Part shown: piece after piece, positions 57,953-64,000 of the stretch | Numbering within the stretch: the first letter of the stretch is position 1 | How the letters are laid out: each line of letters begins with the position of its first letter | Source of the DNA: Chloroflexota bacterium | GTDB lineage: Bacteria; Chloroflexota; UBA11872; VXOZ01 | Reading direction: 5' to 3' | Assembly: GCA_963662335.2 (NCBI GenBank) | Contig: CAXXVD010000004.1 | Coordinates: forward strand, 64,001 to 128,000 | Length of the DNA: 64,000 nucleotides | Position numbers and translations under genes: made by a program | The notes under the pieces: model-generated | What the model was told of the DNA's origin: nothing | Database searches by the model: none | Seen by the model: the letters and a program-made list of their open reading frames with translations, nothing else

Positions 57953-59711
57953 AACCGTCCGGGCCGCGCACGTTCGCGTTATACAAGCCATCGCGATGCT
58001 TGGCGCTCTTCTCGTGGCGCTTTCGCTCGTGTGGTTGCAGGCCATCGAGAGCGAAGCGTTGTCCGCGCGGGCGCAGGCGCAATACCAGGATGACATACAG
58101 ATTCTGCCCGAGCGCGGCAATATCCTGGACGCGAACCACGCCCTGCTGGCAACCGCAACGTACCGCGACAACGTGGAGGCAGCGCCGAACGCCGTGCGCG
58201 GCAGCGGCATGCCCGTGCAGGCAATGGCGCGCGACCTGGCGCCGCTTCTGGGCAAGTCCGAGGGGGAGATCGCCGCGCTGCTCGACCAGCCGGACAAGCG
58301 CTACACGCTGCTGGCGAAGGGCGTGACGCCGGCCGTTAGCGATCGTGTAAAGGAGCTCATCCGAGAAGGGAGAGCGCCCGGCATCACCCTGGCGCCCATG
58401 GCGCACCGCACCTATCCGCTCGGCATGCTCGCGGCGCACGCGCTCGGGTTCTACAGCCAGAGCGGCAGCGGCCAGTACGGATTGGAAGGGTATTACGAGG
58501 CGTTGCTGCGGGGAGAGCCGGGCAGGCGGCTGAGTTACGGCGCGCCGTTCAGCAAGGAAACCGGCGGCGTATCCCAAGTATTGCAGCCCGCGGAACCGGG
58601 GGCGGACTTGGTGCTCACGCTGGATAGCGCCGTGCAGCACGTCGTGGAGCGGGAACTGGAAGCGGCGCTCGAGCGCTTCGGCGCGTCGAGCGGTTCCGTA
58701 ATCGTCATGGACCCCAAGACCGGCGGGATCATCGCGATGGCCAGCCGGCCCACGTACGACTCCAACGCCTATCAAGAGGCGCACAGTCCGGATGGCGACG
58801 CCTTTGCCAACCCCATCATCAGCCAGGTCTATGAGCCCGGCTCCACGTTCAAGGTCATCACGCTGGCCGCGGCTCTCGACTCCGGCCGCATCTCGCCGCA
58901 CACCGCCTACTACGACGGCGGCTCTATCCGCTACGGCGGTGAGGAGTTCAGCAACTGGGACGGCAAAGGCCACGGCCAGAGCGACATCACCGACCTGATC
59001 GCGCATTCGAGCAACGTCGGCGCGGTCTTCGTGGGCAGCCAATTGGGCAAGGAGTTCTTCTACGAGTACGTGGCCGCCTTCGGCTTTGGGACGCCAACGG
59101 GTGTCGATCTGTGGGGCGAAGTGAGCGGTTTCGTGCCCAATCCCGATTCACGGACCTGGTATCCCTCCAGCCTCGCCACCAACGCCTTCGGCCAGGGCAT
59201 CGCCGTGACGCCGCTCCAGCTTGTCACCGCAGTCTCCGCCATCGTGAACGACGGCGTGCTGATGCGGCCGCACCTGGTCCAGGAGATACACACGCCCGAA
59301 GGAGTCCGGCGTGTCGAACCCATGGCCGTGCGCCGCGTCGTCCGCCCAGAGACCGCGCGCACGCTCCTCGCGATGCTCGTGGAGGCGAGCACGCGCTCCG
59401 AGAGCAGCATGCACCTGATCGAGGGGTACACCGTTGCCGGGAAGACCGGCACGGCCTCTATCCCACTGGAAACCGGCGGCTACGACCAGGAGTTCACGAT
59501 TGCCTCGTACGTGGGGTTCGGCCCCGTGGAAGACCCGCGCTTTGTAATCCTGGTGAAGATCGACCGTCCGACCGTGGAGCCCTGGGGCTCGCTCGTGGCC
59601 GCGCCGGTGTTCCGGGCCGTCGCTTCCGAACTCTTCCTCTACTATCACATTCCGCCTTCAACCGCCGCGCAGACCCTGGTCAAGCGCGAGAACGTAGGCC
59701 AACGCCAATGA
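57942..59711 (+). CDS. ftsI: Class B penicillin-binding protein (FtsI)
   Basis: ERGNILD, RTYP, YGLEG, LTLD, EPGSTFK (SxxK), HSSNVG (SxN), GKTGTA. Confidence 0.92.
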   Translation: MPRETVRAAHVRVIQAIAMLGALLVALSLVWLQAIESEALSARAQAQYQDDIQILPERGNILDANHALLATATYRDNVEAAPNAVRGSGMPVQAMARDLAPLLGKSEGEIAALLDQPDKRYTLLAKGVTPAVSDRVKELIREGRAPGITLAPMAHRTYPLGMLAAHALGFYSQSGSGQYGLEGYYEALLRGEPGRRLSYGAPFSKETGGVSQVLQPAEPGADLVLTLDSAVQHVVERELEAALERFGASSGSVIVMDPKTGGIIAMASRPTYDSNAYQEAHSPDGDAFANPIISQVYEPGSTFKVITLAAALDSGRISPHTAYYDGGSIRYGGEEFSNWDGKGHGQSDITDLIAHSSNVGAVFVGSQLGKEFFYEYVAAFGFGTPTGVDLWGEVSGFVPNPDSRTWYPSSLATNAFGQGIAVTPLQLVTAVSAIVNDGVLMRPHLVQEIHTPEGVRRVEPMAVRRVVRPETARTLLAMLVEASTRSESSMHLIEGYTVAGKTGTASIPLETGGYDQEFTIASYVGFGPVEDPRFVILVKIDRPTVEPWGSLVAAPVFRAVASELFLYYHIPPSTAAQTLVKRENVGQRQ

Positions 59712-60955
59712 TACGCATCCTGCCGCGAGCTATATCCGCGCCCGCGACTGACGACGCGCAGCGGGTGCGCTGGCCGGACGTGCCGCTAACGGTGCTCGTC
59801 CTAGCGCTGCCCCTCGTCGGGTTGCTGGCCGTCTATAGCGCGAGCATTGCCGTTGCCTATGCGGAAACCGGCGACCCGCACTACTACTTTCGGCGTCAAA
59901 TCATGTACTTCGTCGTCGGCCTGGCGGCGGCATTCATGCTGGTGCGCCTTGACTATCACTGGCTTGAGCGCATCCAGATTTGCGGAATCAACCTCACCTT
60001 CTGGCTGTTGGCCGGCATAGTGCTTCTGCTGGTGTTGATGGCCGTTACCGACATCAGCCACGTGGCGCGCGGCTCAGCGCGTTGGATTCGCCTGGGGCCG
60101 GTGAGCATGCAACCCAGTGAATTCGCCAAGCCGGTCATTGCGCTCTATCTGGCTCAGCTTCTGGCCAAACGCGAACCGGGGAGGAACGCCTACCTCTACT
60201 TCCTGCTCCCGATCGGCATCCTTGCCGTGGTCGCCGCCCTGGTGGCGCAGCAGCCGGACCTTGGCACTGCGCTGATGCTCGCCCTCATCGGCCTCTCGAT
60301 TCTCATCAGCGCGCGCATCCCCGTCCTCTACCTGCTTGGCTTGTTTGCCACCGTGCCCCTCGCGGTGTGGTACGCCGTCACCATGTATCCCTACCGCGTA
60401 CAACGGCTCACCGCCTTTCTGGATCCGCTCAATCCGGCGTACCAGGATAACGTCGGCCACCACATGTACCAGATCTTCCTCGCTTTCGGCTCAGGCGGCA
60501 TTAGCGGCGTCGGCCTCGGCCGGGGCATGCAGAAGTTCTTCTACATGCCGGAGCCGCACACGGACAGCATCTACGCCGTCATCGGCGAAGAGTTGGGGCT
60601 CATCGGCACGTTGGCGGTGTTGATCCTCTTCGTGCTGCTTGCCTGGCGCGGATTCAGCATCGCGGCCCACGCGCCGGACATGTTCGGCCAGTTGCTCGCC
60701 CTCGGACTCACGTGCGGGCTCTTTGGACAGGCGCTCCTCAACATGGCGGTTGTGACCGGCTTGGTGCCCTTTACGGGCATCCCGCTCCCCTTCGTGAGCG
60801 CCGGCGGCTCCTCGCTGCTCGCGAGTTCAATCGCCATGGGCTTGCTCCTGAACATCTCAACCCAGACCGTCAAGGCGCCCAAACGGAAACGCGAGCGCCG
60901 CTGGAATAGCGGACCGGATAAGTCGGCTGCGCGGCAGTCTCCGCGCGGCAGCTAG
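59708..60955 (+). CDS. ftsW: SEDS peptidoglycan glycosyltransferase FtsW
   Basis: GSARWIRLG, QPSEFAK, QPDLGT, PEPHTDSI, GEELG, TGIPLPFVSAGGSS; ATGA overlap with ftsI. Confidence 0.93.
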   Translation: MIRILPRAISAPATDDAQRVRWPDVPLTVLVLALPLVGLLAVYSASIAVAYAETGDPHYYFRRQIMYFVVGLAAAFMLVRLDYHWLERIQICGINLTFWLLAGIVLLLVLMAVTDISHVARGSARWIRLGPVSMQPSEFAKPVIALYLAQLLAKREPGRNAYLYFLLPIGILAVVAALVAQQPDLGTALMLALIGLSILISARIPVLYLLGLFATVPLAVWYAVTMYPYRVQRLTAFLDPLNPAYQDNVGHHMYQIFLAFGSGGISGVGLGRGMQKFFYMPEPHTDSIYAVIGEELGLIGTLAVLILFVLLAWRGFSIAAHAPDMFGQLLALGLTCGLFGQALLNMAVVTGLVPFTGIPLPFVSAGGSSLLASSIAMGLLLNISTQTVKAPKRKRERRWNSGPDKSAARQSPRGS

Positions 60956-60966
60956 AGGACAACGGC

Positions 60967-62412
60967 GTGAACGCTCACGAATTGCACAAGTTTCTGCAAA
61001 TCGGCCCGCGCAGGGTACACCTGGTCGGCGTGGGCGGCGCCGCCATGTCCGGCTTGGCGCGCATATTCGCGTTGCAAGGCCATAGCGTCAGCGGCTCGGA
61101 CGCGGCTGACTCGCCTGCCCTCGCCGCATTGCACGCTCAGGGCGTTGCCGTGGCGCTTGGGCACGCGGCCGCCAACGCGGCCGGCGCCGAACTGGTGGTA
61201 TACAGTTCGGCAATAGCGGCCGATAATCCCGTACTCGCCGCCGCCGCGCAACAGGGCGTGCCCGCGGTCAAGCGCGCGGTCGTCCAAGGCGCGTTCACGC
61301 TTGGCAAGACCACGATCGCCGTAGCCGGCGCCCACGGCAAGACCACCACCAGCGCCATGCTCGCGCACGCATTGCGCTTCACGCAGCACGACCCGTCCTA
61401 CATGATAGGCGGCGATCCGCTGAACGCGCCCCACGGCTCCCATTGGGGAACGGGCGCACTCCTGGTTGTGGAGGCCGATGAATTCGACCGCGCCTTTCTC
61501 GAGCTCTACCCAACCGTCGCCGTCATAACGGCGGTCGAAGCCGATCATCTCGACACTTACGGCACCGTAGACAGTCTCGAAAGCGCCTATCGCGCGTTCG
61601 TAAACAGGCTGCCCCGCGACGGAACCGTGGCGATTCATGCGGATAGCGCCGCGTGCCGGCGCGCCGCCGCGGACGCCGAATCCGCCGGGGACGCTGCCGC
61701 CGAGCGGAGAATCGCGACCTGGTCCCTGCGCGGCAACGCCGACTGGGTGTGCAGAGAGGTCACGCCGCTGCCCGGCCACGGCATCGAAGCGGAGATCCAG
61801 AGCGCCGCCGGCGAACGCCGCCGCCTCGCGCTCGCCGTGCCCGGCGTTCACAACGTCTTGAACGCCTTGGCGTGCATAACGGCGCTGGACGCGCTTGGGG
61901 TGCCGGCCGCTGCGGTCACGCGGGCGCTGAGCCACTTCCGGGGCGTCCGCCGCCGCTTCGAGATGCGCGGCTGCGCCGGCGGTGTCACCGTCGTCGACGA
62001 CTATGCGCACCACCCCACCGCGGTCCGCGCGTCCCTGCGCGCCGCCCGCGAGTGGCACGCCGGGCGCATCGTCTGCGTCTATCAACCGCACCTGCGCAGC
62101 CGCACGGCCGACCTCTTCAGCGAGTTCAGCACGGCGTTTCGCGGCGCGGACGCACTTATACTGCAAGAGATCTACCAGCCGGCCGGACGGGATGAGCCGC
62201 TCACGCTTTCAAGCGCCGACCTGGCCGACGCTATCGACAAACCGAGCGGCGCTCAGTATGCCGCCACTCTCACCGACGCGCTGGCGCAGGTCATGCGCGT
62301 CGTGGCACCCGGCGATCTCGTGATAGTGATGGGCGCCGGCGACGTCACGCTCCTGTGCGACCCGCTCCTCGAATCCTTGCGCTCGAGTCGGCCGGTAGGA
62401 AGAACGTCATGA
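60967..62412 (+). CDS. murC: UDP-N-acetylmuramate--L-alanine ligase
   Basis: GVGGAAMSGLA, GAHGKTTTS, EADEFD, GVRRRF, DDYAHHP, MGAGD. Confidence 0.95.
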   Translation: MNAHELHKFLQIGPRRVHLVGVGGAAMSGLARIFALQGHSVSGSDAADSPALAALHAQGVAVALGHAAANAAGAELVVYSSAIAADNPVLAAAAQQGVPAVKRAVVQGAFTLGKTTIAVAGAHGKTTTSAMLAHALRFTQHDPSYMIGGDPLNAPHGSHWGTGALLVVEADEFDRAFLELYPTVAVITAVEADHLDTYGTVDSLESAYRAFVNRLPRDGTVAIHADSAACRRAAADAESAGDAAAERRIATWSLRGNADWVCREVTPLPGHGIEAEIQSAAGERRRLALAVPGVHNVLNALACITALDALGVPAAAVTRALSHFRGVRRRFEMRGCAGGVTVVDDYAHHPTAVRASLRAAREWHAGRIVCVYQPHLRSRTADLFSEFSTAFRGADALILQEIYQPAGRDEPLTLSSADLADAIDKPSGAQYAATLTDALAQVMRVVAPGDLVIVMGAGDVTLLCDPLLESLRSSRPVGRTS

Positions 62413-63383
62413 CCGCCAACACCGCACAGCGCGCAGGCGCGCCGCACGGCAAGCAATGTGCCGAAAATCTGGCGGAAATTGCCGCTATGGCCGCGAGTCC
62501 GCGCCTCCGGCTAAGGCCGGCGTGGCAGGAACCAATGGCCAAGCATACGTCCGTGCGGGTAGGCGGCCCAGCGGATCTGCTTATCCGGGTGCGTTCCCGG
62601 CAGGGGTTGCGCGCCATTGCCGCCGCGGCCTACCGGCAGTCCCTGCCCTTCCGCGTAATGGGAGACGGCACGAATCTCATTGCCGCGGCGGCGGGTATTC
62701 GCGGGTTGGTAATCCGCAACCACGGCGGCGAGCGGCATCGCTGCGCCGACGGCGTCTCAATCTGGGCCGATGCGGGATGTTCCCTCATCAGCACCGCCCG
62801 CTGGGCCGCCGGCATGGGTCTCTCCGGCTTGGAAGGCGCCGCCACCATTCCCGGCACGGTAGGCGGCGCGGTGGTAAACAACGCCGGGGCGTACGGCTGG
62901 ACCGCGGCGGATTCCGTCACGCGCATCAAGGTGCTCGATCGCCACGGCGAACGCTGGATGGAGCGCGCTGAAATGCGCTACGCCTACCGCACGAGCGCCA
63001 TCAAGGAACGGCCGGGGTACGCCGTGGTGCTGGGCGCGGAGATGTTGCTCACGCCAGGCGACGCGCACCGCATTCTCGCCGCGGTGGATGAGCGCTTGCA
63101 GACCCGCCACCGCACGCAGCCTACCGCTCCCAGTTCGGGTTCGGTCTTTCGGAATCCACCCGCTCGCAGCGCATGGGAACTCATCGACCGGGCCGGAATG
63201 CGCGGCAAGGCAGTAGGTGGAGCGTACGTTTCGCACAAGCACGCAAACTTCATCATCAACGACGGCACGGCCACGGCAAACGACGTCCAGGCGTTGGTGC
63301 AAGCAGTCGAGGAGGCGGTACGCTCCCGCTTGCACGTCGAGTTGCAACGTGAAGTCGAGTTCATCGGGTCGTGGGAGCGGTAG
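62409..63383 (+). CDS. murB: UDP-N-acetylenolpyruvoylglucosamine reductase
   Basis: HTSVRVGGPAD, GTNL, IPGTVGGA..NAGAY, GSVFRNP, KHANFIIN. Confidence 0.95.
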   Translation: MTANTAQRAGAPHGKQCAENLAEIAAMAASPRLRLRPAWQEPMAKHTSVRVGGPADLLIRVRSRQGLRAIAAAAYRQSLPFRVMGDGTNLIAAAAGIRGLVIRNHGGERHRCADGVSIWADAGCSLISTARWAAGMGLSGLEGAATIPGTVGGAVVNNAGAYGWTAADSVTRIKVLDRHGERWMERAEMRYAYRTSAIKERPGYAVVLGAEMLLTPGDAHRILAAVDERLQTRHRTQPTAPSSGSVFRNPPARSAWELIDRAGMRGKAVGGAYVSHKHANFIINDGTATANDVQALVQAVEEAVRSRLHVELQREVEFIGSWER

Positions 63384-63387
63384 GCCG

Positions 63388-64000
63388 ATGGCAGCCAACA
63401 ACGGATTCACACGGAGCGCCGCCGCTTCAACACAGTCGCCGTCTTCGACACAGTCGCAGTCTTCGGCAAGGCCGCCGTCTGCGACGCAGCCGCCCGGAAC
63501 TCGCGGGCGGAAGAGTCGTCCGCGGCGCGGGATTTTTCGCCTCGTGGTGAAGGGCGTGGTTGGCTTCGGCCACCGTTGGCTCTCGCTCCTGCTGGGCGCG
63601 CTGCTTGGCTGTGCGCTCTGGGGACTGCTCACCTCGCCTGACTTCTATGTATCCAGAATCGCAATTCGCCGCATCACACCGCCCACGCTTGCCGGAGACG
63701 CTTCGCTGGTGCGCATTCAGTCGTTCACGGGTCTCGTGGGGAGGCCGATCTTCTTGCTCGACCCCGGAAAACTCGGCCGGGAAATTGCCCGGCTGCCGGC
63801 GGTAGCGGACGCGCGGCTCTTTCTGGTTCTGCCGGGTCAGGCCATCGTGGAAATGGCCGAACGGCAGCCCAAGGCCCGCTGGATTGCCAGCGGCCACGTC
63901 TTCTTGGTATCGGACGACGGCGAGATTCTGGGCAGCGGCGATGCGCCGGAACTCCCGATCACCATCATCGACACGACCGGCATCCCGCTCGGCACCGGAG
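63388..64000 (+). CDS. ftsQ: FtsQ/DivIB-like POTRA-domain cell division protein, 3' end runs off window
   Basis: Manual translation: Ser-rich tail, TM helix, TSPDFYVSRIAI, PIFLLDP..LPAVADARL..LPGQAIVEMAERQP; position after murB. Confidence 0.8.
   Translation, partial: MAANNGFTRSAAASTQSPSSTQSQSSARPPSATQPPGTRGRKSRPRRGIFRLVVKGVVGFGHRWLSLLLGALLGCALWGLLTSPDFYVSRIAIRRITPPTLAGDASLVRIQSFTGLVGRPIFLLDPGKLGREIARLPAVADARLFLVLPGQAIVEMAERQPKARWIASGHVFLVSDDGEILGSGDAPELPITIIDTTGIPLGTG

Noticed and set aside
59111-59707. N-terminal extension of FtsW
   Set aside because: It overlaps ftsI in another frame; the ATGA-coupled start at 59708 is the natural one.

Overview
GC-rich bacterial chromosomal segment. Gene content and style suggest a Chloroflexota-like organism (inference only). 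From left to right it holds: lysS (3'-truncated by the window edge), greA and tRNA-Glu(TTC); a co-oriented catabolic/transport run with two paralogous Tat-lipoprotein solute-binding proteins, a DegT-type aminotransferase, a polysaccharide deacetylase, a ThrC-like PLP enzyme, an MlrC/M81 peptidase, an FAD oxidase, a membrane protein and an MFS transporter; an operon joining glcDEF to a TrxR-like ferredoxin-NADP reductase and stand-alone nuoEF; cimA and an aquaporin; a DUF3604-CocE-DUF3604 hydrolase trio; yvcK-gap-pgk; acyl-CoA genes; an orphan GAF-GAF histidine kinase; moxR, ogt, nadBC and queG; and a reduced dcw cluster (mraZ-rsmH-ftsL-ftsI-ftsW-murC-murB-ftsQ). Intergenic regions are rich in REP/MITE-like palindromes. 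No CRISPR array, transposase, integrase or prophage was recognised. The most interesting leads are a poly-G tract in the promoter spacer of one SBP paralogue (candidate phase variation), the glcDEF-FNR-nuoEF redox module, several genes apparently starting at non-canonical codons behind good Shine-Dalgarno (SD) sites, a 6S-like structured RNA, nested MITE/REP elements and the stripped dcw cluster. All calls come from reading motifs by eye; no database searches were run.
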